From contig OX597816.1 of NCBI GenBank assembly GCA_951406725.2, forward strand, positions 5,146,001 through 5,210,000: DNA of 64,000 nucleotides, written 5' to 3'. Every line of letters starts with the position of its first letter. Within the stretch, counting starts at the first letter, position 1. Below are positions 11,896 through 24,557 of the stretch, piece after piece. The notes under the pieces are model-generated. The model was not told where the DNA came from. It ran no database searches and saw only the letters and a list, made by a program, of their open reading frames with translations. The translations under genes and the position numbers were made by a program. The stretch is from Octopus vulgaris. Lineage: Eukaryota.

Positions 11896-12345
11896 TCACC
11901 TTACTTCTGTAACAGTTCTACTGGGCTTTCTATTCCAATTTCCTTTATATTCCCCTTGATGCCTTCTGATACTCTTCCCACGGATCCTACAGTAATTGGC
12001 ACTATGTTCCCCTTCTATATTTTCCATAGCCGGGCTATACCATATTGTTGAATTTATCTTCTTTTTTTCGCCTTCCTTTTTGATTATTCGTGAGTCAAAA
12101 GGGAATGCAACATCAACTATATTAAAACATGTGGTGCATCTTCTCGACCAACACCAGATTCTATCTATTATGCTCTGACACCTGATCTGTTTGGTTTGGG
12201 AAATCCCAGAGGATTTTTCTAGTCTCCGACTCCGCCACTCTCTGCAGTTTGTGCTCATACCATGTCTTGCCTCACTTTAGCCCCCTCTTTTCGCACAGTC
12301 TCCAATGTGGCACTTTTGCAACCTGATTGTGCCACCACAACTTGT
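11896..12345 (-). pseudogene. R4/Dong-like non-LTR retrotransposon, restriction-like endonuclease domain fragment
   Basis: Across frameshifts reads HNQVAKVPHW..WYEHK..KILWDFPNQTD..DVAFPFDSRIIKKEGEK..VPITVGSVGRV..ELLQK, typical of the R4-clade RLE C-terminus. Confidence 0.8.
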
Positions 12346-12412
12346 AGTGGTTTTGGGCAATAAAAGGTGTTAAACACTCAATGTTGACCCCTTATAAGTC
12401 TGCAAATCCCTT

Positions 12413-12826
12413 AAGGTGGTGAGCTGGCAGAAACGTTAGCATGCCAGGTGAAATGCTTAGTGGTAATTCGTCTGCCTTTATGTTCTGAGTTCAAATTCCG
12501 CCGAGGTCCACTTTGTCTTTCATCCTTTCAGGGTCGATAAATTAAGTACCAGTTACGCACTGGGGTCGGTGTAATCGACTTAATCCATTTGTCTGTCCTT
12601 GTTTGTCCTCTCTGTGCTTAGCCCCTTGTGGTTAGTAAAGAAATAGGTATTTCGTCTGCCGCTACATTCTGAGTTCAAATTCCGCCGAGGTCGACTTTGC
12701 CTTTCATCCTTTTGGGGTCAATAAAGTAAGTACCAGTTACACACTGGGGTCGATGTAATCAACTTAACCCCTTTGTCTGTCCTTGTTTGTCCTCTCTATG
12801 TTTAGCCCCTAGTGAGCAATAAAGAA
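12413..12826 (+). mobile_element. SINE family A1 tandem dimer
   Basis: Head plus two units; 19-bp TSD ATAAGTCTGCAAATCCCTT at 12394-12412 and 12827-12845. Confidence 0.9.
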
Positions 12827-13448
12827 ATAAGTCTGCAAATCCCTTGAGAGTGAACTTTTTTGCATTACTAGAAAATCTGTGCATATACTAAGGTCAATCC
12901 ACTTTTTAATAAATGCTTCTACCAAAAAAAAAAAACACTCCTCTGCTTATTGCAAAGTTGTTAAAAGAAATGAACAGATAAAACCAGGAACATTATACAA
13001 ATAAATGGGGGTAAGGGAAAACAGGAAGTTTTGATAAACGAAACCATTCTAATAAAGAATGGGAAGAACTGGTAGACAAGTTTGGCCAAATGAAAATTTG
13101 CACTGGCATTGAATCAGTTTGACATCGTTACAATCATTATTGATTATATTGGAATGGTCAAATAATTTGCTTTTAGAAACAATGAAGAAAAAAATATTTG
13201 TTTTAGAAATGCAAATATTCTTTCATTGTTCCTTGGCTGTTGATATTTTTTAAAAATTCTATTAATTTTTTAGAAAGTTTTTATTTACTTTTTCCTGATT
13301 AACAATCTGGCTTTTAAACCATCCATTTCTGCCAACAAATTATGGCCATTCCATTCACTTCGCTTCTACAATAGCATTTCATGAACAATCATTTGTTCTA
13401 CCTTTTGTTTCTTTCTGAGTGCTTTTCTCTCTTTTTTCTTTCTCCTGG

Positions 13449-13480
<32 letters not shown>

Positions 13481-13721
13481 TCTCTCACTCACTCACTCTC
13501 TCCAAGTGTCCTCTCTCTCATTTGTTTATATTTATTTTTGCTTCTTTAGATATTTCTGTTTACCCCCTCACTTTTGCCTTTCACACCCTTCTTTCTTTCT
13601 CTCTGTCTTTCATTCTATTTCTTTTTATTATCTTTCTTTCATTTTTCAACTTTTATTTTCTCATTTAAGAAATTGTAAAATTCTTGCTTTGAATTTTTAT
13701 AAAACGTTGACTGAATACTAC

Positions 13722-13763
<42 letters not shown>

Positions 13764-14993
13764 CAGTATTATTATTATTATTGACGGTAGTAGTAGTAGT
13801 AGTAGTAGTAGTATTTAGCCTGGTGTTTGTAAATGTGTGCATATGTGAATAATTTATTTACAGACTTTCAGATCCTTTTACTCAATTTGTTAAATTACAA
13901 AAATAAAAAAAAAGCAAAAAAAAACAAAGGGGGGAAACATATGCCATTCTATTTCTTCTTTGTATATTTTTATCTTTGCAGCAAATCTTTAGAGAGCTTT
14001 CCCATGATACATTTCGAATATCTGTGCACTTATGCACCTCTCCTATCTATTCAATGCAGAAATACGAATTTCTTATACAATTATGCAGTTTCATATTTAT
14101 GGAAGTTAAGAGTAAATGATATTGTTTGATGCCAAGTTTAATGCCTGAAAACAAGAATCAAACAAGATTTCTTCACAACAGCAATTACTGAGTTGTAAGA
14201 ATATTATTTTGGTTTTGATTAAGTGCTAAGAGCTTGCTTTTCTGTAGCATAAAGAGTGTGATAAAGATGTGAAGTTCATTCATTTCCCAAGACATTACTC
14301 CATAAGTCAAAAGAATGGGTCTATAGGACTACTTTGTAAAACCTCACATACACTCACAGACATTATATTTATGTTTCGGTAAGTCCTAATGCTGTGTAAA
14401 CATCATATTCCACCTACCGCAGTTAACCTAGTTGTTGAGAAGAAATACAAGATCACTAAAGAATTTTTTACCTCATGAAGAATAACTTGACATCTCAATA
14501 TAAGATTTGTCTTTGAAAGGCAAACAAGAGTAGGCAGCAGATCCAATTTATTTTCCAACCAATGTAATATCCCAAAGATTGCTTTTATTCCAGCAACACC
14601 ATGAAACCAAAAATAACTATTTTCCATTGAAAAGAAATGTTTCACTTTTTCCAATGCAAGAGAAGCTAATATTCTAAGTGAAATGGCATCAGAAGGGAAT
14701 TGGTAAGTGGTCTTAGTTTGTATGAATCCTGTTATATATTCTGTGATCCTCACCAACACACAGTCAAATTCCATTGTAATTGCCATGATTTTAGATGCTT
14801 CCCTTCATAGAAATTTGGCTAATTAAGTGCTGTTTAATGGAGTTTTTCATCTGGAATTTTAGCTTTCCATGTTTATGGATTGGTATTTTATTTTATCGAG
14901 GTTCTCTTAAGTACCTCATTTCCGGAATTATGCTGAAATGCTCTCCATTAAAATATTTATAAACAACATTAATGCCCAGCATTTTAAACACAC

Positions 14994-15086
14994 CATACTT
15001 CAGTTCCATACTTCAGTTCCATACTTCAGTTCCATACTTCAGTTCCATACTTTAGTTCCATACTTCAGTTCCATACTTTAGTTCCA
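14994..15086. repeat. 13-bp tandem repeat (CATACTTCAGTTC) about 7 copies
   Basis: Direct inspection. Confidence 0.9.
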
Positions 15087-15857
15087 ACTAGTAACATTTT
15101 GCATATTCCTCGCCACCCCACCCCAGTGTTACATTTACAGTATTGCATCTTCTATAAGTTGCAAGCATTTTATTATTAAAATGCATGCCATGTTAGTATT
15201 GAAAAGAAATTTCCTCATAATAAATCCAAAGAAAACTTAAGATATCCTGCATGAATAAGATTCTCCTTCCTTATCATGAGAGTTGATTTTGGGGCCATTT
15301 TTCTAAAACTACTTTTTGTAGTTAATCATTTATAAATTTATTTGAAATTTTTAAAAGTATATTTTTAATAATTTCTAAATATTGCATCAGTATATATTTG
15401 TTCATTACATTTTAAAAAACATTTATAAATTGGTAGAAGTGAAATAGTTGAAGAAATGCTGTTAAGAATTAACGGTTTGTCAATAATAAATTAAAATTTA
15501 CTCAAAGAGTTTTGTTGTCTTTGCCTGCCCCGAGATATTTACATGGATGCCAATAACACAAAGCATTCACTTGGAATTACAAGAAATAGACCTAAGATAG
15601 ACTTATCTTATGAAGTCTTCAGTTCAATGAAAGAATTTATGTTAACAAGTTTTGAAAATCGTGTTCTTTAGTTATTTAGTTTGGTTTAACCAACACAGTT
15701 CAGCCCATGATGGAGCAACACCTTCATGTCAAATGCACTAACATGTAAGAAGTGGAAAAGCTTGAGTAATTTTTAATGTTTCACAATAAACTATTGAGCA
15801 TTATTTCGTTTTGGGATTTGGTTTGCAAGATTCTTTATATGAGTTCGTGTGTTGAAG

Positions 15858-16043
15858 CATATTCTGTTGAATCTGGGGAGAGTCATTTTCTTTTTGTGCC
15901 TTAAAACTATTGAAAAGGTTGCAAGATGCAACAAAAATTTTAGGAGAATAAAAATAAGAAAAAAGTGGAAAATTTTACCGGTGAGTGTGTTATATTATAA
16001 GGCAGAAAAAGAAAATGACTCTCCCGAGACACAACACAATATT
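15858..16043. repeat. About 45-bp inverted repeat with about 95-bp spacer
   Basis: GGGAGAGTCATTTTCTTTTTGTGCCTTA versus TAAGGCAGAAAAAGAAAATGACTCTCCC. Confidence 0.8.
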
Positions 16044-16917
16044 TAGCATCAATCATCCTAAAAGTGTAAAATTATGTAAGTTTTTAGTTAAATTTTCAGT
16101 GCCATTGCTTTTTGTTATGGGGCAAATATTCTAACTTTTGACAGAAATCTGTTCAATGTCACAACTTACAAACTGTGTCCGTCACTGAGAAATCAATTTA
16201 GCAACAGATTTCAGAAATTTATTTTTCAATGATTAATTCAAATTCTTATTGATAACTGTCATACAGCTCTCAATACAGAGTCAGCATCTGAGAGTAAAGA
16301 ATTTTTTTCCATTTTGGAAAATGCATTTCGTAGATGTTAAAATATTAATGAAAGCATGGGAAATAAAGGTTTTTTCCCCTTTGCAGGTAATTAGCAAATT
16401 TTTTCTTTATTTTCATCTGGGATTATTTTTCCCTCTTAAATATTTTCAGAGATTTTATTATGAGAAGAAGAAGAGTTTTGCTATTACGTTACCTGTCACA
16501 TTTATTTCAGAGATGGTGGAAAATAGCTTTGATAAGAATTTTAAGCTGCAATTTACTCACCTAGAAAAGAAAAGAAAATATACACAGATAAATAACTAGA
16601 TAAATAAATAGAAAGACAGATACAGGATCATTCACTTACAAACTAAGATTATAAAAGTGATCATAATACCTTTCTTGCATAAGCATTATGTTTCATATTA
16701 TGTAAGAAGAAAATTATGAAGCATTTATGAGTGAAAGCATATCTTAGGCATTGACATTAATGGTATAAATGATGGGAAAATGTCTGTTGCAAAGAACCAT
16801 AAAAGAGTTGTAGATTTAGCAGAGAACGGGGTTATGCAGAAGATATGTTACTCATTCAAGTAATACCAGTTTCTCAGTCATTTTTAGGGTTTCCAAGAGA
16901 GGAAGAGTGGTGGCGGT

Positions 16918-17150
16918 AGGGTGGCGAGCTGGCAGAAACGTTAGCATGTCGAGTGAAATGCTTAGCTGTATTTTGTCTGTCTTTCCGTTCTGAGTTCAAA
17001 TTCCGCCAAGGTCGACTTTGCCTTTCATCCTTTCGGGGTCAATAAATTAAGTACCAGTTATGCACTGGTGTCGATGTAATCGACTTAATCCTTGTGTCTC
17101 TCCTTGTTTGTCCCCTCTGTGTTTAGCCCCTTGTGGGTAGTAAAGAAATA
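16918..17150 (+). mobile_element. SINE family A1, full-length monomer
   Basis: Complete head-to-tail match to the family. Confidence 0.9.
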
Positions 17151-17414
17151 GGTGGGGCGGGGGTTTGAGACATGATCTGAACGGTTGTAACAGAATATAT
17201 TCCGTTAAAGATACTCAGGAGTCAAGTTTCGATTGTCAAATAAACAAATATGAAGCATATTGTACAGCAAAAGAAACTCTCCTTATTTCTTATCATCATC
17301 GTCGTCGTCATCATCATCATCATCGTCATAGTCATTGTCTTTATCATTGTCACCTCCTGCGTGGATGAGATGGAACTCCTTTCAATGGTTGGATGTCTTT
17401 TCTGTCATCATATC

Positions 17415-17640
17415 AAATATTGGTTTCAAATTTTGGCACAAGGCCAGCAATTTCAGGGGATGGAGGGGGTAAGTCGATTACATCGACCCCAGTACTCAAC
17501 TGGTACTTATCTTAGAGACACTGAAACGATGAAAGGCAAAGTCAACCCTGGCAGCATTTGAACTCAAAATGTAAAGGCAGGCAAAATACAGCTAAGCATT
17601 TTGTCTCGTGTGCTAATGATTCCACCAGCTCGTTGCTTTG
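17415..17640 (-). mobile_element. SINE family A2
   Basis: Family homology; inverted relative to 16918-17150. Confidence 0.8.
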
Positions 17641-18081
17641 GACACCAAATTAATATCCATGCAAGAAGCCAAAATCGTAAAATAACATCCCTAGAGAATT
17701 CATTCTCTAAAGTTCAAATCGAACGAACTTAGACTTTTTTTCTACTGATAGCCATTAAAATAAACAGCAGCCAAAATACATTAACTTGGGTCAATTGAAT
17801 GTGCCTGAGTCCTTTTTATCAAAGAGAAAAAAAATTTGTTCTTTGACAATTCCTTTCTGATTAGAAAACCCAATTAGTATCCATTACTCGGATACTAATT
17901 CATTGTTAGTAACTATCAACCAGCTTCTCTTATTTCACATCACAACTTCAACCAATTCACGTAACATGTCCAAATCTAGATTAAACACAAACTTGCAAAA
18001 CAAATAAATGAAGATTATACAAAAATGACTCCCCCCTCTAAAAAAAACGGTCAGTTTTGCCTCATTATACATTATCAAATC

Positions 18082-18455
18082 TGGAAGCACTCCGTCAGTA
18101 ACGACGATGAGGGTTCCGGTTGATCCGAATCAACGGAACAGCCTGCTCGTGAAATTAACGTGTAAGTGGCTGAGCACTCCACAGACACGTGTACCCTTAA
18201 CGTAGTTCTCGGGGAGATTCAGCGTGACACAGAGAGTGACAAGGCCGGCCCCTTTGAAATACAGGTACAAGAGAAACAGGAAGTAAGAGTGAGAGAAAGT
18301 TGTGGTGAAAGAGTACAGCAGGGATCACCACCATCCCCTACCGGAGCCTCATGGTGCTTTCAGGTGTTTTTGCTCAATAAACACTCACAACGCCCGGTCT
18401 GGGAATCGAAACCGCGAGTCCGCTGCCCTAACCACTGGGCCATTGCGCCTCCACT
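18082..18455 (-). mobile_element. SINE family E (CpG-rich, variant middle)
   Basis: Minus-strand tRNA head TGGCCCAGTGGTTAGGGC..GGTTTCGATTCCC; tail shared with 8788-9147. Confidence 0.85.
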
Positions 18456-18961
18456 TGCTTGATACTATTAGTCACATGAACAGTACAAGTTTCCAAGTCT
18501 GCTCGAGGCTGGTAGGTTATCGATCCATCCGGAGAACGGAGGAAATGCCACGGAAGTGAAAGATATCCAGACACAGAGCTCCACTGTGCAGCAATGTTTT
18601 TACGTTTTGTTTGCTTTATTGCTGTTTTTTTTTCTCTCTTATTCTCTTTTTTTATTTCCTGTTAATGTCTGCACCATTATAAACCTTTCTTTCAAACGTT
18701 GTAGAACAACTAATGTGTAAAACCCGTTAGATCACTTATTAATTCCACCAGTCTAAAGATATGTACTCAATTCTGGTTTTTAAATGCAATCTTTGCCAAA
18801 ACTAAGAATCTTCATTTTTTTTTCTTTTAAAACAAAATTTCTTTAGTTTAAAAAATACTCATTTCATTTTCTATACCTTCTATTTTCCATTCTTCTTTTT
18901 GTAGGAACCTCGGATATAAATGGCCTTAACAAATACTGAATATTATTACTATTATTATTAC

Positions 18962-18998
<37 letters not shown>

Positions 18999-19004
18999 TT
19001 CTAT

Positions 19005-19222
19005 ATTCTTTTACTTGTTTCAGTCATTTGACTGTGGCCATGCTGGAGCACTGCCTTTTAGTCAAACAAATCGAACCCAGGACTTATTTTTTGTAAGCCC
19101 AGTACTTATTGTATCAGTCTCTTTTGCCGAACTGCTAAGTTGTGGGGATGAAAACACACCAGCATCGGTTGTCAAGCGATGTTATGGGGACAAACACAGG
19201 CACAAACATGCACACACATACA

Positions 19223-19261
<39 letters not shown>

Positions 19262-19425
19262 GACGGGCTTCTTTCAGTGTCTGTCTACCAAATCCACTCA
19301 CAAGGTTTTGGTCGGCCCGAGGCTATAGTAGAAGACACTTGCTCAAGGTGCCATGCAGTGGGACTGGACCTGGAACCTTGTGATTGGTAAGCAAGCTACT
19401 TACCACACAGCCACTCCTACACCTA
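19005..19425 (-). mobile_element. SINE family B, full length
   Basis: Family homology; embedded in (TTA)n. Confidence 0.9.
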
Positions 19426-19456
<31 letters not shown>

Positions 19457-19589
19457 CCACTGCTTTTTGGAGGAGGGGAAGGTCGATAAATTAAGTGCCA
19501 GTTATTTACTGGGGTCGATCTAATCGACTGACCTCTTCCTCAACAATTCTGGGTCTTATGTCTGGAGTAGAAAATAATTATCTGTGATA

Positions 19590-19810
19590 AGGCAGCAGCG
19601 AACTGGCTGAAATGTTAGCGCACAGGGCGAAATGCTTAGTGGTGTTTCATTTGTCTTTGTGTTCTGAGTTCAAATCCTGCGGAGGTCAGCTTTACCTTTC
19701 ATCCTTTCAGGGTCGATAAATTAACTACCAGTTGCATACTGAGGTCGATCTAATCGACTGGGGCCCCCCCTCTCTAAAAATTCTGGGCCTTGTGCCAAGA
19801 GTAGAAAAAA
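19590..19810 (+). mobile_element. SINE family A2 (partial second copy 19480-19580)
   Basis: Family homology. Confidence 0.8.
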
Positions 19811-20329
19811 ATTATCGTTATTATTATTATTAGTAGTAGTAGTAGCAGTAGTAGTAGTAGTAGTAGCAGCAGCAGAGTGGTGGGAGGTGGAATGAACAAT
19901 GAAGTACCAAACAATAAGCCTTGCCTGCATCTTTTTCTTTTGTTTGTTTTTATTCCATTTGCCATTTTTGTAAACAATGATATCATTGCAAACAGGTTTC
20001 AAGCACTTTAATTATTGGTTCATTGAATTTGCGATTGAATTCGAGTGAGGTGGGTGTTGCATTTGGGTAGATTGACAAGGGCTTGTTTGTGCCACTTGGT
20101 ACAGAAGAAGGGGGGAGTGATTTTTTTTTTTTATATTTGAAAGCACTGGGGTGTATTTTTTCGGTTTCTCACCATGCAACATATTTTGTTGATATACATC
20201 GGAACGTTCGTTTCGTTAGATTCTTGGTGCAAATTTAACGAAGACTGAATTTGCTTTTCAAATTTCCAGGTTCATTAATTAGATTAATAGGCAAAACTAC
20301 TGGAGTTGATACAATTAACTATACACATC

Positions 20330-20655
20330 ACAGTGTTGGTGGTGGAGGTGATGAAGGTGGTGATGGCGGTGTTATTGGTGTTGGTGGTGACCAGGGCAGT
20401 AGTGGTGGTGGTGATGGTAGTGGTGTTAGTGGCAGAGATAGTGGTGGTGGTGGTGGTGGCATTGCTGCTGTTGTTGGAGATGAAGATGGTGGTGTTGGTG
20501 GCAGTGGTGGTGTTGGTGGCAGAGATTGTAATGGTAGTGGTGGTGTTGTTGAAGTTGTTGGTGGCATTGCTGCTGTTGTTGGAGATGAAGATGGTGGTAT
20601 TGGTAGCAGTGGTTGTGTTGGTGGCAGTGGTAATGTTGGTGGTGGTGGTGGTGTA
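20330..20655. repeat. Degenerate (GGT)n low-complexity tract with an internal block duplication
   Basis: GGCATTGCTGCTGTTGTTGGAGATGAAGATGG occurs twice. Confidence 0.85.
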
Positions 20656-20765
20656 TGTATGTTGATTTCTATAACTGTATGTTTGTCTATATGTATATAT
20701 ATATATATATATGGAAAAAAAAAGTCAACATAGAAAATGCTAAAATAATTTTATAAAAAACATTT

Positions 20766-20801
20766 CAGTACCGGTTTCAGTCATTGTGACTTTTTCAACT
20801 G
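20766..20801 (-). ncRNA. Minimal hammerhead variant with U3-A8 core
   Basis: CAG-UUGAAAA-AGUCA(CAA)UGACU-GAAAC-CG-GUA-CUG; palindromic ACCGGU stem III; about 55 bp from a (TA)n tract. Confidence 0.6.
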
Positions 20802-21443
20802 TAACAATTAAACAATTAAATTTAGAAAAATTAAATGAAAAGTTTTTATAAAAGAATATTTGTACAGTGTTCAAATACAAGAGGCATTTTCTTTGTTTCT
20901 GCCTTTCTCTGTCTCTCTTATTTACTCTTGTGGGTTCGAGGTCTTTGTGAATTCTTGGTAGGGAAGAAGAAGAATATATATGCTTTTATATATATGTTGG
21001 AATAAAATTTGGGTAAAAAACTTGGACAGTATTGATTATGTAATATGTTAGTTATATCGTCTCACCAATGTGTTATGGGTGAGATAAAGTGGTGAAACAA
21101 TTGTAGTCATATGGAATGATGTCATTCAATCCATTCTCTCTCATTTATCCATTCCATTACATTTATGTGTGTGTGTGTGTGTGTGTGTGGAGCCATACAT
21201 GACTAGTCTATTAGAAATAAAAAGATCATATGAAAAACATGCATGCTCTTTCCTCTCCATCTTTCACCTGCTGAGAAGAATTTTCCAACTTGAAACAAGA
21301 CAAAAAAATATCTAAAACTTAAAAGGGATTATCTCCCCTTAAGCACATACAATCTCTCTCCTTCCTCTCTCTCTCTCTCACTTTCTCTCTGCCATTATAG
21401 CAGTCTCTAGCAAACGGAACATACACACACACACATATATATA

Positions 21444-21476
<33 letters not shown>

Positions 21477-21479
<3 letters not shown>

Positions 21480-21689
21480 ATCCAAACAAGAAAACACAAA
21501 AAAAACACAAAAAACACAACAACACGAGGACGTGGAACAGATAAAGTATTATTGGACACTCAGGAAAGAAGGGAAGAAGGAGGGTTTAACGTTTCGAGCA
21601 GAGCTCTTCGTCGGAAACATAGGAGAAGGAAAGATCCAGAGAAGGGAAGACAGAGGAAAAAAAATCGCCAGCGGTACTCACGAGGTCAC

Positions 21690-21690
<1 letters not shown>
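21477..21690 (-). mobile_element. Microsatellite-flanked short element carrying a minimal hammerhead (21584-21618)
   Basis: GUUU-CCGACGA-A-GAGC(UCU)GCUC-GAAAC-GUU-AAAC; 3' end abuts (TA)n. Confidence 0.7.
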
Positions 21691-21735
<45 letters not shown>

Positions 21736-21874
21736 TATATGTATGTAATGTATGTATGTATGTATATATATACATACATATACACACACACAAATGCACA
21801 AATATCAACAAACTTAAGAATATTTTATACTGAAACTAATTGTTGAGAAATAAATATATTCATTCAAGAAAAAT

Positions 21875-22235
21875 GTGCCGCCTGATTGGCACCTGTGCTG
21901 GTGGCACGTAAAAAAGCACCATTTGAGCATGGTTGTTGCCAGTGCCACCTGACTGGCTCCTGTGCCAGTGACATGTAAAAAGCACCATTCAAGCGTCATC
22001 AATGCCAGTGCCGCCTGACCAGCCCTCATGCCACTGGCACATAAAAAGCACCCACTACACTCTCTCGGAATGGTTGGCATTAGGAAGGGCCTCCAGCTGT
22101 AGAAACCTTGCCAGATCAGATTGGAGCCTGGTGCAGTCTTCTGGCTTTCCAGTCCTCAGTCAAACCGTCCAACCCATGCCAGCATGGAAAGCAGACGTTA
22201 AATGACGATGAAGATGATGATGATGATGATGAAGA
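21875..22235 (+). mobile_element. RTE 3' UTR fragment (family C) with about 65-bp internal tandem units
   Basis: Repeated TGGCACGTAAAAAGCACC units; (GAT)n tail. Confidence 0.85.
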
Positions 22236-23044
22236 TAAAAATACTTGCAATTATCTATCTGTAAATGTTAATCTCCATAGCATTCTGCTCCCTTATTTTC
22301 TGGCCCCATTTTTACTAAATTTAAATCATTTTCCTCTTACTTCAGTTATAAGTTCAAAAAAAATTATTTGGCAGATATTATTCTGTTATCTGATTTTTTT
22401 CCATAGTCTTTTATATTTTTTTTTCTCCTTTCTCATTTCATAATTTTACACCCTTTAAAAAAAATTGATTTTTCAAATAAATAATATTTATGGCAGCAAT
22501 AACCTTTAATAAGCTTCTGAAGATTAGATGACGCTTCCAAATTCAAAGAAACTATTTTAATCTCTAAATGTTAAAAAAAAAAAAAAAAAAACAGAAGAAT
22601 TTAAAAGGGGACTACAATTATATTTCTATTATTTCTAATACATTGTCTGGAATAAATTTGGTTTTGTTCTGTGTATTTTGTATTTCATATTTTCTGACTG
22701 AAAAGATTTCACCATTGTTGCCATATAAGGAATTTTTGGTTAAGAAAATAAATAAATGAATAGATAAAACCTACAAAGTTAATTTGTATCAAATGGATGA
22801 ATTCATTCTCTGAATTTCTGAGTACAAAGTAGAAATAAAATATTTCTAAGGATTATTTGGAAATGAAGCCAACACGAAGAAAAATCTGGTTGATAATAAA
22901 AATTGTAATATTTACATTGATTTCCTTTTTTTTCTTCTTTTTATGAATTACAAAAGAATAGTTGAGGGTGAAAGAAGAATACAATTATCTAGATCTATAT
23001 ATGTAAATATATGGTTTCTCTCTTGCCAGAGTGAATAACAATGA

Positions 23045-23243
<199 letters not shown>

Positions 23244-23674
23244 AATGGGAGATGGGTACATGCATATGAATAACTAGATTCATACAATATATTTCTATAA
23301 ACTATATTTCTCCCCCACCTCTCTCTCTCTCGCAATGTATTTGCCAACATGGCTGTGTGGTGAGGTCATAATTTTGCTTCCAATCCACATGATTTTGGGT
23401 TCAATCTCACAGCATAGTAAGCAATTAAAAGAAATTTAAAATTTAAATATACTATAATAAATATTATTTTTAAAAATCATGATTTTTTTAATAATATTTA
23501 TTATAGAATATTTAAATTTTTTCTATATAATATAGATTATATCTTTCACTGTTTAATTGCTTAATAGAAGTTATCCCTCTTATATACATATATTATATAT
23601 TGTGAAATTTGATATAGAATTGCTAAATTAAATTTTTCCCTGTAAGTTTGGAATTATATTCCCTACTATTATTA

Positions 23675-23721
<47 letters not shown>

Positions 23722-23784
23722 CAGCATTAACTTATATCCAAGAAGTAGATCTGTAGTTGATGATTGAGCCTCTTCATCCTGGTG

Positions 23785-24045
23785 GGTGTAAAGAAGAGTG
23801 CCGGTGCCTGAAGTGGCTGTTCAAGCCAAGGGTTACATAGAAGAGGCGGGGCATTTACTGTAGGGGAGAGTTGGTGGATGATGAAGAAGTGTGACTTCTT
23901 CTTTGTGCTTTTCATGTTTGATCTCTGTTTCGGGATCTCTGTTATTTTTCATCCAGTCTGTTCCCTCAATGATGGGATGTTGCCATTTTGGGTGGACCTT
24001 GGCGATTGTCTGCCAGATATTTGGGTGAATGGAGCAGCAGAGGAG
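23785..24045 (-). pseudogene. RTE-type LINE ORF C-terminus with decayed C2H2 zinc finger
   Basis: IHPNIWQTIAKVHPKWQHPIIEG..PYSKCP/LFYVTLGLNSHFRHRH with one frameshift. Confidence 0.65.
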
Positions 24046-24229
24046 ATAACAGTGCCATTACATTTCTGGCTTCAGGAAAATATTACCTTGCTTGGGAACT
24101 AATGAATGTTGGCAACAGGGAGAGCATCAAGCTGTAGAAAGTCTGCCGCAACAAATCCCAGCTGACCCAAGCAAGTATGGAAAAGTGAACATTAAAACAA
24201 TGATGGCATGTATATATATATATATATAT

Positions 24230-24467
24230 GTTGTGTGACCCTTCGGTCCAAAGTCAGTCGCCATGATAGATCGTTAGCCACTACACACATTTATTTCTCT
24301 CCTTTTTTTCTCTCTTTGTTTCTCTCCTTGTTTTTTCTGTGTCCCTTTCTGTAGAAGAGCGTAGGCTCGAAACATAAAAGACTTTTTCTATTCCTGAGCG
24401 TTATACTAATACATCAGTTTGTTTTGTACACCACCTGTCTTCGTCTTTTGTTTTTTTCATAAACTCT

Positions 24468-24470
<3 letters not shown>
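24230..24470 (+). mobile_element. (TA)n-inserted element family G with hammerhead-like motif (24345-24380)
   Basis: Homologous to 40515-40660 (+) and 56748-56948 (-); two copies end AAACTCTCCC-(TA)n, the 40515 copy AAATTTTCAC-(TA)n. Confidence 0.8.
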
Positions 24471-24520
<50 letters not shown>

Positions 24521-24526
24521 CATGTT

Positions 24527-24557
<31 letters not shown>

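Noticed and set aside
14403-14786. 127-aa minus-strand ORF and nearby plus-strand GTAAGT donor
   Set aside because: No recognisable motif; the candidate plus-strand exon has stops in all frames
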